A stretch of DNA of 63,993 bases, filler included, from Basidiobolus ranarum (GCA_040143965.1; 4 parts of 4 records of this genome joined end to end with filler, not necessarily neighbours in it), one strand, 5' to 3'; counted from the first letter of the whole stretch, positions 23,085 to 36,900 are shown. The notes: a model not told the origin generated them from the letters alone. Made by a program: numbers and translations.

Positions 23085-26000
23085 TTATTTCGATGCCTGT
23101 TCAATACCTAAGATTGGGAATAGATTGTGAAGTCGATTTCTCTTCCCAGGATTGAGCTCCAACAGGTATCTTTTAAGTGGTTCTTTGAGCGACTCGCATT
23201 TGACGAGAACATCCTGGAGTTGATTCTTGGGCAATTGAATGAGGACTGAGAAGGATGTCGGTTGGGTGAGCTATATAACAAGAAGTCAGTATGGTTTGGT
23301 AGAGTCGTTGGAGGAGATTTCAATGCAACCGAACAATAGTCACCTTACAGCACCGAATGAACCCATCCCAAAGCTTGGGGGAGTTCCATATCTTTTTGGT
23401 GATCAGACGAGATAATAAGCTGTTGATGAATCCAGTGAGATTCTTGTGTAGAGAAACACTTTGCATGACCTGGTTTACAATTACTATTAGTGGGTTGTGC
23501 GTGGGATTCATCATACTCAAAAAACCACATACAGTTCGCATGAATAGTGTAGGGATCTTGGGTTGATCCACCAACTGCTGAAGCACTACCGCCAGCACCT
23601 CTGAAGTGAAAATCTCTGGAAGGGAAAAGCAGATTTGTGTAGCTGCGAATTCACCAGGCTATTAATATTGCTAATCCAAAACATCTTTGTAGCATGTCAA
23701 AATGTATACCTTCAACGGCTCGCTTTAAACCGATCGTCTCTTCCATATTATGCAAAGCAACTAAAAGCTCGGAAGGACTAATTTGAGAACGACCCGAGTT
23801 ATTCGTCGCCTCCTCTTCTGAAGTACTAATGAGCTTCAACATGACCTCTTTAACAACCTTTCTCTCACCTTCAGTATTATTTAGTAGACATATGATATTG
23901 GGTAGAAACTTGAATGCCTCTTCCTGTTGTTTGGATTAAAAATGAATTTCGTATGATGAGGATATATTGGACAACCCACTAACCTTCTCTAAACCAGGCA
24001 TGATAGGAATGAGGAACCGTGCGTCTAACTCACGTTGAGTATACACCGCTTTTACAGCACTAACTAGTTGTGGGGATGGCTTGGCTAAGGAGGGTTAATG
24101 GCAACAGCGTTACAATGTATTCAAAGCTCATCAATTTCTCATCAAAAATTACCTTTATCCGTCAAGATCACCAATATCCGGAGCACCAAAGTTTCACCAC
24201 CTTCGTGGAAATTCCGAATAGTATTTAGAAGTTTGGTGGAATTCATGCCTATTGATTTGATCAAAGGGTATATCTCTTGTCTAATAACTTTCCGTACATT
24301 TTCCGATGTTTTTGTGTACACTGTAAAGAGCCTGTAGAGTAAATATGTAAATACCAAGCTTCTTCATAACTAAATTGCCTCCCTTCACTTACTCCTTCAA
24401 AAAATCCGGGTTTTTGGTGCATAACGCAAAAAAGAGCTCCAAGTGGCGAACGATATCCTGTTCAAGCTTCTGTTGATCTTTAGCGCTTTCAACAACAGAG
24501 GTATTCATGTCTGTATCGATTTGCTCGATATCAGCAACCTCAGCTGCATCAACAATATCCTCCGGGTCATCGTTGTTTGTGTCAAACGACATGTCAGATA
24601 ACGATTGAAGTGATTCTAGCGCAAAAGCTTCAATCTTTGCTGTAATATTAACATGATCGGGCACCCACTTCTTAACTGTTACAATTGCTGGGGATCTAGT
24701 CGATCTTTCTTTATGAATGCAATACGATAACAAAATCTCTAAACAAACATCTCGAATAGGAGGTCGCAGGTTAGTAAGATCGCGCAATAATGCTAGCCCC
24801 ATTAATAACCTCTGTGCATCATCACAACATATCTTGACCATAGAAGCCGCATGCTCAGTAACCTCGGGAATGTCCAAGAAAAACTTGGTTAATATCCGAT
24901 CCTTGGCATCAACCGTTGGGATGCAACAGTCCAAAAGGCGATGAAGCCATTTCGGATACTGCGGCTCCCATGTAAACTTTTTACTCATCAAAGCATCATT
25001 GTACCATTCTTCTTGGAGCCATAGAGCAGCCAATTCGTGTCTGGCTCTGAAGTTTTCGGCTATGAAATTACAAAGAGTTTCACGCAGTTGATCCTTGTAA
25101 CTTTCAAGCTGCTTATGATCTTCCTCCTGGGAGGCACCATCAACAAATGGGACTCCTCTCGCGACTAGTCTTGCAACTATCGACATCCAGTCTCCAAAGT
25201 TATCCTCGCCTGCTCGTTTTGTTGTAGCCAAGTGAGACCCTGCAGGTCCAATCAGTGTGGACTCTGTTTGTAGAATCCGATTTAAAGCGTCTTTGGCCAT
25301 ATCTTGGTATTGCTCATTATTATAAAGTATAGGAGCACCTAGTTCGTATGGCTTCGACTCAAGTGATCGATCATACTCCCTTCTATCCGAAGGTTGATCA
25401 TCCTGCTGAATAAATCTATTAACTCAAGGTCTTCTCATAGTTCATGCATAACAACAAACACTCACTTCGTTATGTTCTAATTTAAGTGGTTCACTTTCTT
25501 CTTTTTTAACCGAGACATCCACGTCCATACTATCAGGGATGGCTGATCTTAATTCATTTTTTATGGGAATGTCAGTGAGTTCATTATCAGGAAGATGTGA
25601 TACAGTGGAGGTGGCTTCGTGCGACATAGGCTGAGGCATATTCGCTACACCAGAATCATATGTGTCCTGTGGGATTGCAGCATGATTCTGGGGTTCTTTG
25701 AGAGCATTACTTGGTCTAATTCTTGGATCCTGGATTTTTGACTGCAACCTTGGGTCACGAGCATGTGTTTCAGGAGGATTGGGAATTTCTTTACGAAATC
25801 TAGGATCTCGGCTTTGGCTCTCTTGAGGTAAGGCATTGTATTCCGAAGATTCGGATATTCTCTCCCGCATTTTGGAGGCATCAGCAAGCTCATTCTCTCT
25901 GGCCTGAACCCTCGGGTCCCGAACTCGTGGATCCTTAGAAGCAAGAGCACCAGTTGAGGGGCCATCTTTCATATTTCTACTTTCACGGGTTAAGCTTGAG

Positions 26001-27849
26001 AGAGATTCAACTCTTCGCATTCTCTAAATTGTGAGGAGATATCCATTAGTGACATTCTACCGCATGTACATTCGAAGCAAACGCTCTGTATATCAAATGC
26101 CACAAGCCTTTGAAATATTGATACTAGCTATTATGATAGTACTGCAAAGAAGTAGATATTTACCACAAGTGCTTGATCGAAATCAGTCTGGGATATATCC
26201 TGGAGCGTTGTGATGATGGCACCAACAACAGAGTCTATTGGGAATTGAGTAACGTCGATTTTGTCTAGAACATGTAAGAAAATTGTCAAGGAAATACACA
26301 ACCACAATACGATACGATACTAAATGGTAATTTTGGGGGTAAAAAGGATATCTTGTGGTATTGTTAATCCTTCAGATTTTGCCTTGGCGTACTCCGCCGG
26401 CTTATAGCTAGTACTGGGAGTAGCAGCGGGTGCTGGTCTCGATTTCTTAGCAACCCCTGACTTATCAGAGCTACTGGTGGAGCTATGGGCTCTCTTACTG
26501 GATTGTCTGGACTCATGAGCGGCCTGTTGCTGTTGCAATTTCGCCATTCTAGCTTGAAAGTGAGCCACTTCACGCTTTGCTCCGATAGCAAGTAAAGCAT
26601 CTATAACATATTTTTGATAGGCAGAAGAAAGTTTTGACCTACAGGGTATATGGGTTTTAGTAACGACGGTGTTGAAACACTCTCTTATGTATCCGTACCT
26701 CATTAAGCCTAAAAGTTGATTCCTAATAGAACGTTCTACGAATCTCTTTTGAATTGACCTGAGATTTCCTGTTGGAGTTCTGTGCCAACTCTCAAAGGCA
26801 GGCACAACTCGTGGAATGAATTCAGGGCGCGACCTCATAAGCAGCGCTAAACAGTTAATGATTGCAGTAATGGCGCCACTAGACCTTTAAAGTGAAACAC
26901 GTAAGACGATGCTACTCAATTAAACATCAACATATTGATTTATGAATGTACATTGAAGGCGAAAATAGCAGTGATATGAAAGTGTTTAGATGGGAAAGTC
27001 CCTCCTCTTCCAGTTGTTGTTTGTTCAGGAATGGGTGTGAAGAAGGGCAAATATCCAGCGAGATCTCCTGGGTATTGCTTGACTACAATGATGAAATACT
27101 CTTAATAAAGCCATGGATATGTTTAAATCAAACAAGGCTTTATGACAAATTACCTTCTTTTCTCTACTATCTACAGATTGCACAGTGAGTACTACGTGCA
27201 TAAACTTGATAACGTTTATCTTTATTCCATCATTTTTAGACTCAAGCATTGCAGTGATTTTGGATTTTAGCTCAACAATAGACTTCCACGTATCCTGTTC
27301 TGTTGGATTTGTACACCTAAAAAACAGTCAAGGTATCAGAACTTTAGTATTTTCCTCTGAATGGGAATCCCCCAAAAAATAAAGTTTGAGATAACTCTTC
27401 ACGTAAATTGAGGGAATCGAACTCACATTCGCTTGAACACAATTGGGTACAGATTTGCGCTAGCTTGTATAACAGTCTTTACAACAATCACTGCTGTATC
27501 ATTCAATAAGGGCAATAATGTATCAGCCGCCAGTTTCAACACTAATTCCAACGAACAAAAAAGTTAAGGCATAATAATGTCCACAGTGAGGTTAAAAACC
27601 AAAGAAAACAAGAATATGGAATAGGATACAATCTGGATGAGCTTCTCCTGAATATCTAACTACACTGATCAAAAAGTTAACAACCCACTGACGAATCTCC
27701 GGAACTTTCTCAAAAATAAGGGTATATGTCATGGGGAACAGAGAAGCAAGTTGCTCCGAGTCCTCTTTGACAAACTCCCGAAATTCCTCCAAAAGGCGAA
27801 GCTTTTCCTTTGGATCGACCTCCGTGAGTGCTGTTTGGAGTTTATCCAT
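23085..27849 (-). CDS. PTA1: Symplekin/Pta1, scaffold of pre-mRNA 3'-end processing; multi-exon, including U12-type introns
   Basis: ELAALWLQEEWYND, HLELFFALCTKNP, ISPSELLVALH, LFMRTVMQS and LWDGFIRCCK; exons traced by eye. Confidence 0.92.
26274..26351 (-). other. U12-type AT-AC intron (78 nt)
   Basis: 5' ATATCCTTT, branch TTTCCTTGAC about 12 nt from the 3' TTAC; splicing restores the frame PQ-D-VLDKIDVTQFP. Confidence 0.9.
27542..27629 (-). other. Probable U12-type GT-AG intron (88 nt)
   Basis: 5' GTATCCTAT, branch GCCTTAAC about 22 nt from the AG; frame restored (HPD-L-LKLAAD). Confidence 0.65.
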
Positions 27850-28557
27850 TTTGAAGTGACTTGATGACAAGTCAGAAAAAGGTGATTTTTAAGCTACGAA
27901 CAACGCGAATAATTGAATTTGGTGGATAGACAATCATCTGCCTAGAGAATTAGTAGACGATTTTGAATCTGGTGAGATCACCAGTTCTGAACTGATCAAA
28001 TCCTTAGTCAGTCTAGAATGAGTTGATTTAGATTTCAAGTCAATGGATTCTGTGGACTAAGCATACATTTACCCACTCAGCCTTTACATTTGCTCACCTT
28101 TCCGGCGGAGTTGTTAGGAAGGTGGTTAGTACAAATGTCAATATATGAGCTAACTGCCCTACTTGATACACACGATATTGTTATTGTTATGTTAGGGTTC
28201 ACTTTTGAAGGTTAAGCAAATGTGATTTCTGAAACACTAAATCAATGCTAGTATATGTTCATGCATAATTTCTAGATTAGGATAAGCCCTTTGAAAGTCG
28301 AATTTTTTTTCATTTTTTTTCGTTCAATAATTACCATGCATACAATATACCAAACACACTGAGAAGCATAGTGTTGTGGGCTTGAATTCAAAGCAATATA
28401 GATATTGACATTTCCAGCTGAACTCTGGCTCCTCAAAACCAACCAAACAGCCTTTGATAAAAACCAAACGAACAATAGTCTTTCAAGCCTATTTTTGAAA
28501 CTTTCTACGAAATCAAACCAGTGGAATTTTGCTCGATAAATAAGTGGATTCATTCAA

Positions 28558-30796
28558 ATGTCAGTCACAGTCGTTCGTCTTTGTCGGGATGTATTACGTG
28601 AGGATTTTGGTCCTGTAGTTGAAGTATTTCTTTTTCATAATAGTTATTCCTCTTTTTTACAGTCACATTGATTCTGTTTGATTAAACTTCAATAGAGAGT
28701 CGGTACTATCCTAGTAAAAAAAGGAAGATTGCCATTAAACCAGATCAAAGTACTGGCCAAAGTTTCCCTCCGCCAAGTTCGGGAGAGTCTGTTAATTTTA
28801 ATTCAGCATCACCTGGTCTATCACGCTGATACCGGGGAGACAGGGGCCACCTTTACATATTACGAGGCGAATGTGGATGAGATATTGGCTCGACTTCGTA
28901 TCGGACTTATTATAAACAGTGCAAACGAATGGTTTGGAAAAGAGGTATTTTAAACAACGATACATTATCTTGGTTGGATGATTGAGCTAAGATTTTATTA
29001 TGGTGATAATTTGTAGGGTGGAGTGATTATTCGCCTACTTTTAAGTCGAGGAATGTTACGTTTGAAGGATTTACGAGTTGAGCTCGAGTTAGATAAAGGA
29101 AAAATCAACAGTAAGTAACGCCTCTGCAAGTTCCAATACTCTCTACAGACCGACTTGTTCATATCCCTAAATACCGATCTTCTCCATTTTCAGAAAGTGT
29201 CCTATTCACTAAAATATTCACTCAGATGGCGCGCGGTCGCTATATCCGAGCAATCACTCCTTTAGACAAGATCTCTCCTACAGATAGACACATATCTGAA
29301 CAGGCTAAAGAAATAGAGCAATTCAAGTCACCCCCAACCGCCCAAGAACTCGCTGCCCTTAAGAGAGTTCGTGAGGAGAAGGAGGTTGCGGAAATCAACA
29401 GTAGCGTGATCCCCGGAATGGTATGTAATAGTTTTTAATGTACTGGTTCTAATTACATGACGATTTACCTTTGAGCACCTATCTGTATAGAAACGTAAAT
29501 TGACTGACGCTGATACGGGCCCAAATAAAGTATTTCCTTTCTCATATCACTTCAAGGGATTTGTAAATAGAGGCTCACATTTTGATAACAGAAAATGAAT
29601 TTGGACGCAGAGGCGGTAGAGGAAGTTGATGTAAGCTATCATATAGAAGTCTCATCTATTAATGACTTTTAGTCACATTTTTCGTTTTATAGCAAGACGT
29701 ATATTGGAAGATCAATTATGAACAGTTCAACCTTAAGCTCCGTAATAAGGTGGGTAGCATGATGTTTGGATATGAAAATATCGATGATTTCTCACAATCT
29801 ATTACTATTTAGAGTATCATTCGCTTTGTGGATGATCGTATTAACAAGGGAGCTGCTGCCGTCATGAAGGCCGCTTTCACTGTTGTCGAGGATCGTATGC
29901 GACAATGCAAGGAAGAGAAATCAGGTAATTTTAGTTAATAATCACTAGTAGACAGCTTCGTTTGGCATTTAACTTGCTTGGTTAATTCTAGTTGTTATGT
30001 CGGCTACACTAATTACTCACAACCTTCCATCTGAAATCAACCTACAAAACGATATCATTATGGACATCGAAGGATCCAATTTCAAACCTACACAACAACA
30101 ACTAACAAATGAACTACTCGATCTTCTCTGTAATGATCACGTCAAATTCATGACTAAAGAGGATGAAAGAGGCTCCGGACAATATCGTATCAATCTCGAA
30201 AAGATTGCTGAAGCATTAAAGATACGTTTAGTAGAATCCGTTGTTTCCGAAAAGTTCGGCTCAGTAAGCGCAAGGTTAATGCGTATTTTAATGAGCAAGC
30301 AAAAATTAGATGAGAAACAGGTAGGTAGTTTTTATAAGCTTATTGAGAAGCTCTTGAGTGATCTAACACAGTGATTCCTTTGATTTGAAAATCGTAGGTC
30401 GCCAAAATCGCCATGGTTCCTGGAAAAGATGCTCGCGAGAAACTTCATCAACTAGCAACCGCTGGTTTACTTGAGGTTCAGGAAGTACCAAAGTCTGCTG
30501 ACAGAGCGCCATCTCGCACCTTCTACCTTTGGCATGTCCCTATGAAAAGGTGCCAAGAGGTGATCTTGGAAGACTGTTACAAAGCATTAGCTAGCATTCG
30601 TCAACGTCGCAATGAGGAGATCAAGATGCGCTCTAGATTACTCGAAAAGACACAAAGAGAGGATGTCAAGGCAAATCAGGATCTTTTGAACGCTTCTGAC
30701 AAAGCACAACTAGAGTTGTTGAATAAAGTTTTGGATTGGTTGGAGGTGGCTGAATTACGTCTTGATGAGATGGCTATGATTCTGCGAGACTACTAG
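28558..30796 (+). CDS. RPC82: RNA polymerase III subunit RPC3/RPC82, multi-exon
   Basis: LREDFGPVVE, ESLLILIQHHLV, EKFGSVSARLMRIL..KLDEKQ and QEVPKSADRAPSRTFYLW. Confidence 0.93.
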
Positions 30797-31275
30797 ATTT
30801 TCATTCGTTCCATTGTCACCATTCCCCCTCCCTTCCCCTCCTCCTCCACATAGCACCCTACCTCATAACATTCCTCTTTCTGTTTGTTCACAAGATTTAT
30901 CAATCTTATGGATACCAAAAGAAGCACACCTTAGTCTGTATTTCTTAGTTAATTGATTTCTTGTAGTCACATTTCCTTCAGCTAACATCGAACCAAACAT
31001 TACTTGTTTTTGGAGTAACGAGTAATGAATAATAAACAATCAAAAGAATATCAATCGACATGGTTTGATGTTGGGTTTATTTGGAGTCTCGAATACACAT
31101 TACATTGAGAAACGAGAGATATGTGAAATATAAGGAAGTTAAGAATAGGTGGAGATAAAGCTTGCGTATTCTGGAAATACTCCTAGGGGTTTTGGTTTCC
31201 CTTGGATCATATGACTGAAATGGAAAGCTTGATGTTAATACAAGTTACTGCTGTTCTTTTTGGTCATTTGATCAA

Positions 31276-32720
31276 TCAACAAACGGAGGTGGAGTTGGCT
31301 AATGGGTAAGTTTGCTCACTACTTGGTTGTTGACTAATTTCACAATACGCTGAAAATTGTTCTCGAAGGCTACAACGCGAGGCAAAGTTCTGAGAAAGAT
31401 CTGGTCCTCGAGGCTGTCTGATTGGGCAAATCAGGGGTAGGCCATCGACACGCTTGTAGCTTTGTCTGAATGGGGATCGAGAAGTGTGCGCGGCAATCCC
31501 AGTTAACTCGGAATTGCTTCTGACGGAAGACCTGTTAAATCCTGCAGCATTACTGGGTGAACCGTTGCTATTAAGCGGCTTCTTAGTTGTCTTGGGAATA
31601 CTAAGTGAGGAGACAGAGCTGGGGGCACCCTTGCGAGAAATTCTCATATGCCAGTTCTCTTCTTCACCATCACATTTGAAAGACATTCCAAGTTTCTGCA
31701 CAATCATCTGGAGTAGGTTTCTTTGATACTGATTGAGCGAATTCAAATAAACCAAGTCATGGTTACCTTGCTCTTCGCGGAATGCGACTAGTTCTTCATA
31801 AAAAGTACGAGTCTCAGGGTCACTCAGGTCAATACCTTCAGGTGATTCCACTTTAGCTTTGTTACGCTTCTCCGATTTCATTTTTTCACTTTTCTTACTC
31901 TTGTCCCTAGGTAAGTTCTCAGGTCTCTCTTCTTTTTCTCGTTGTAAAATTTTTACTGGTTTTTCCGACTTTTTGGATTTCTCTTTGACTTCCTTATCGG
32001 AAGAGGATTGAGTTTCTTCAAAGAAGCCTTTTTCCACAAATTCGTTTAGAGGCTCGTTATTGAATCCTAGCATCACACGCTTATACTCAACCTTCAGTTT
32101 TCGACCTCCTATATCAAAGCCATTCAACGTGGAAATCACATAGTCGGTTTCTTCGGGAGTTTTGAAATTTGCAAAGGCGAGTCCTCTGAATACCCCATTA
32201 TCGTAATGATAATTGAAAGCATATGGCTTGGGGATATCCAATTCAACCTAAATTCATCCCAATTATTAGTGATTTTCCTGGATATTTATTACAAGGGAAT
32301 AGCATACCATAGACTTGAGAAGAGCATCTCTTTTAATAGAAAAAGGGATATTCTTGATAACCACAGCGGTGGTAACAATATCACCGACAAGGGGATCGGT
32401 CTCAACATGGTTCTGATCATAACGTGGCTAAATAAAAGGGTTTAGTTTAGTCCATAAAAAGTGGGAAGAGTAACAACCAAACTTACCTTTGGCTTACGCT
32501 TCTCTTTTCCATTGTTACCGTTCTTGGCACCCTTTCTTCTTCCACCTTTGCTTTTTTCAGCAGCACTTCCAGTTTCTTTATCAGTGGTAACTGGAGAATC
32601 AGTACCTTCACTACTACTAGAGTCAAGGTTCTCCAGTTCACGAGCTGGAAAGTGTTCATTAGCATTAAGACACTCGGCAGTAAGGTTGCTAACTTCGTTC
32701 TTCATAGGTTGTCCGTTCAT
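31276..32720 (-). CDS. RRM + R3H RNA-binding protein (Pin4/Cip2-like), 2 introns
   Basis: TAVVIKNIPF, PYAFNYHYDNGVFRGLAFANF, GRKLKVEYKR, R3H-like L..YQR.LL..IVQKLGM and PIRQPRGPD. Confidence 0.85.
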
Positions 32721-33155
32721 TATGAGTTTATGAGTAGAAGAAAGTCAAGTTTACTTGTATTATAAACGAATAAGTGTCAAAAAAAAGCGGGGGAGAAAGT
32801 ATTGTTTTATTGAAGGAAGACAAAGAAATTACTAAAGCTTTGAAAGGCTTCGGAAAGGGTATCGAAGAATAGGAGCGAATAGAAAGTTTCCGTTGGAAAC
32901 GACTTTAGGAGCGAAAGAAGAGTACCAAGTTTACTTCATTTCTATTATCTCTATTAAATACTCAATTTCCTCTTCACTTTTCTTGACAAATTTCATTGTA
33001 ACCTAACCCTTATTGTTCTCTATACTATTAACATTTAACTCTAAACTTCTTCAATTTAGCCAATGATCTTTCACCAAACGATCAGTGCGCATCAAAACAG
33101 TCTAAGAGCTCTCATGACACTTGGAATTTTCTAGACTTGAGGGCATACATGGTGG

Positions 33156-33225
33156 ATATATTGAGTTATATATTGCGTATATATTGATTTATTGCGTATA
33201 TGTTGATTTATTGCGTATATATTGA
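33156..33225. repeat. Minisatellite, about 3 x 19 bp
   Basis: TATTGCGTATATATTGATT repeated in the divergent intergenic region. Confidence 0.85.
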
Positions 33226-33448
33226 ATACTAGTTTTAGGAAGCAAAATTCATTTAGCTTGATTTTTCTGCTGTGATTGATGACAGATTATGAATTATGTT
33301 AGCCATAGGAGTGAGAATGCTGATTTATTAATGATTGATTTGTTTTACATGATTTATGAAGAATCTGTAATGAAATATTTATTCCGAAATAATGTTAGCC
33401 AGAGAACACTTCCACTATCTCTGGCTACTAGACATTGACCAAATACAG

Positions 33449-33760
33449 GATGCAAAGTAGTATCTTGGACAGTTCACCTAAGGTTGACTTCAAGTCATTA
33501 AAAGTACGAGAGATACGGGGACATAAGGATAAAGTTCACACTGTTAGTTGGAATTGTGATGGTAGACGGTTAGCCTCTGGTTCAGTAGATCGTACCGCAC
33601 GTATATGGAATCCTGAACGTTCGGTATTTAATTTTAGTAACACTTGAATACGCTACAATGTAGAGACTTGGAAGTGTAAACACCGAATTCATGCAAGAAT
33701 CTTTACCGATCTGATATCTTTTTGTTGATTTAGACTGATTCTCGATATTCAGTTGAACTT
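33449..33760 (+). CDS. TEX1: THO/TREX WD40 subunit THOC3/Tex1, 5' part only (contig end)
   Basis: REIRGHKDKVHTVSWNCDGRRLASGSVDRTARIW, then an intron, then TDSRYSVEL. Confidence 0.8.
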
Positions 33761-33860
33761 NNNNNNNNNNNNNNNNNNNNNNNNNNNNNNNNNNNNNNNN
33801 NNNNTTAATTAATTAANNNNNNNNNNNNNNNNNNNNNNNNNNNNNNNNNNNNNNNNNNNN
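33761..33860. other. Artificial contig linker
   Basis: N44-TTAATTAATTAA-N44. Confidence 0.97.
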
Positions 33861-33985
33861 GACTGGTTTAAAGTTATTGTTTTGGTAGTTCTATCTATCT
33901 TAATTTTGTGTAGGCAGCTCTATCTATCTTAATTTGAATTCCAAGATAGTACATCAGTTCACCAAGATCAGCTAAGTTTGCAACA
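33861..33985 (-). mobile_element. Probable LTR fragment at the contig edge
   Basis: Minus strand begins TGTTGCAAACTTAGC, resembling the TGTTGAAATTAGC terminus; contains a duplicated TCTATCTATCTTAATTT. Confidence 0.35.
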
Positions 33986-36900
33986 CCAAGGTTCGACGTT
34001 TTCAAGTTTGAGTAAAGGTTGGTCGAAGGTGCAGAGTCTGAAGGCTCTAATACAAAATCGCTAGTAATATACAGTTGACACTGAACAATGTTGAGAAATT
34101 AGAGTATTTGTTGATCAGAAGGTAAATAAGGGATATTTATGACTTCTAAGTGATCACTATGTTGGAAATTAATAATCCTTAATGTGGAGTGGATATGAAA
34201 TTGGTGCAAAAGGATGGGGAGATTGTTAGAAAAGAGGTCAATTTGTGTTTGGGTTGATTGATATTTGTCTCGATCTTTATGCTTAGGCTCCAAATGCGAT
34301 TTAGATAGCTCTCGCCTGATCCATGGCTGCATTCACGTGATACCGTTCAATTTATGACACTCTATTGTTCAAAGAGACCAGCTGAAACCAATTTAGCCTG
34401 ATGCAACATTTACGATTGAATGAATCGGTCGGTTAATATTGAAGTAGGTACGACCACCAATTCTTACAGAGGGTGCTTGAGTAATAACATGAAATTACTG
34501 ACCCTGCACCCCTAATACTTGGACATAGCAGTGTGCACTTTTTATTCCGTCATCTAATTCAATGCTAGCTTGCCAGTTAACAAAGAGGCTATTATGAATG
34601 TTTACTATTTGCTTGTCCAGTTGGAACAATTCACCTCTTGGGGCTTTCTGGTAAACAATTGTAGTAGCGGGTAGTTCTTTGAGAGAGGATAATATGATGA
34701 CAAAGTGTGCAGGTATCTATAAGAGATCTGATTCGACCAAGGTAGGGAGATAATCATTCTTCCAAAACTTAATTAACGGAATCATCGGCGTTGGATGCAA
34801 TAATAGTACTCGCAGGTAAGAAGTGAATTCAAACCCCCAACTCTCAGACCAATTGACACATTTCAATCTTTTGGAAGCTATTCAACCATGATTTCTATGG
34901 GTTGTTAAAAGCTTGGTACTGGAATTCTATTGAACTGAGGGAATTTTATTTCGTAAGAATTATTTCCTTCTACTACTTTAAGATTTACGGGTTACAAAAG
35001 CCTTTTGCCAAATATTTGATATATCAAACCAGAAAGAGATAGATCTAGATCAGCGAGTGTCTATCGTGAAGTTACCTTCAGATATACTTGGGACCAATAT
35101 AAGTACAAGATTTCTACCTGCGTCTGAAAATGTATTTCGAGAATAGAAAAGAAACCACCATAAAACAGAGTATGCACGCAATATTGCTAAAAGTAGATTA
35201 CATTAATTTCACCAGCCTGTACAGACTTCTCTGGTAATTCATCTAATATTGATAGCTGGTATATAGAGAGTAACTCTGGAGCATCTTCAAACAAGTTAAA
35301 TCAACGCTTGGGACTACTCGAGTTTATGGATTTAAACAGATCAGAGCTCACAATCCATGTAATACCATCAAACAGATGATATGTCACTCAGCAATCCAGC
35401 TCTAGGTTAGCTGTTGCACTTGTAGAATGGGAGGGGGTGAGGATTTATCATATGCTACGAGGAGAAATTCATTTCACCTTTTTGATAGTCGACGCAAGTA
35501 AAAAGTCAACTTGGGGGTATGCTGGGGTTCGACAGATATGGCACTCACATAACGCATGACTTATAGAGTGGGTCTCGTTAATGTGAGGTTTCATCTACTT
35601 GTAAGTGTCATTGGGGTATAGTTTAGCATTGTTAGAAGGAGTGTGAACTATTGAACATGAGACACAGAGTCGGTCACCTACCGGTGTGTTTTATATAATA
35701 GTTGGGCTATTAACTGTTTAGTACATGTCAAGATATTCAACTCGTAACCTTGCAATATTGATTTTAACCAACATGCTCCAATACTTTGCCGCTAATCCAG
35801 GTAATCCGATTACTGCTATTCATACTTTGGTGATAAACCCTTAACATACCTTCTTTCATCCTATGAAAATTTCTATCCTGATTGATTTACAGCTCAATAT
35901 ATTGACTGGGTGCCCGTCAATTCTAGTCAATACTCTCCACCTAAGAGTGCATGTAGTATTATGGAGTCGACAGATGAAAGAAATGTTAGGTGATGGGCTA
36001 GGATTGTGGTGCCAATAAGATCATTTCATCCATTGGTACTGGAGTTTTGTTAGAGTTTCCATCTTAATACAGACTAAACATGTCTCCAGTAATCTTTCAA
36101 GTTACAGATTTTGTTGGTGATTTCATATTCATTATCATGCACCAGGAAGTGGTTTTGAGATATTTATGCGATATTCATGACTTTCATCCAAGTTCACTCA
36201 GTAGTGCAGTTGTACTTACCAACATCCAGGTGTGCGAGATCCAGTCAATTTAATTATCTCCTTTACATACTGGTGTACCACACTGAGGCCACTTTTTAGT
36301 ATTCTGGAATTGTTGGCAAATCCCGAAAGCACGAGCGCAGTTCTTCTAAGCCAAGTTTAGCATCTCAGTTTCAATGCTCCCATCCTTTTTGGATCACCAC
36401 AGGTCTCCTTTCATGGCCGCTGAACTCAACGTTATTCGCCTTCATTTTACCAAGTATTCTGGAACGGGCAATTTAATACCAGGATGAAGTAATACTATGA
36501 CATGAATTTATTGGCAATCTCGCATTAATATACAGATCATCAACGAAACAGTTGTTGATTCGTATAAAAGCTCCGTTTTCAATCCCACTCCATTCCAGAT
36601 ATTGCCATAACAAGGAAAAGCGGTGATTACAGCGGTTATGAAGTCCCATGTGACCATATGAAGTTTGCATGAGGTTTCGAGAGAATAGGGAATTTAGATT
36701 GAGTTAAAATGCGATGATGGCTAGTAATATCGAAAACCAAAAAACAGATGCTCACAGCTTAAAACAACCCTTGGTTGGAAACGGTAAATGTCTGTTCAAC
36801 TGACACTTACCACCATGCTTTTGTACTTTAATATTGCGTAGCAACTCATATATGCCGAGTAAGCACACCTTCCCTCTCAGTGTGCTTCATGCGCGTGTTT

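Noticed and set aside
27317-27426. Third possible U12 intron in symplekin (branch ACCTTGAC near the AG)
   Set aside because: The donor is GTGAGT, a canonical U2 site, and the branch also fits the U2 consensus.
29530-29591. RPC82 intron starting GTATTTCCTTT
   Set aside because: Lacks the TATCC core, and the branch GCTCAC is U2-like.
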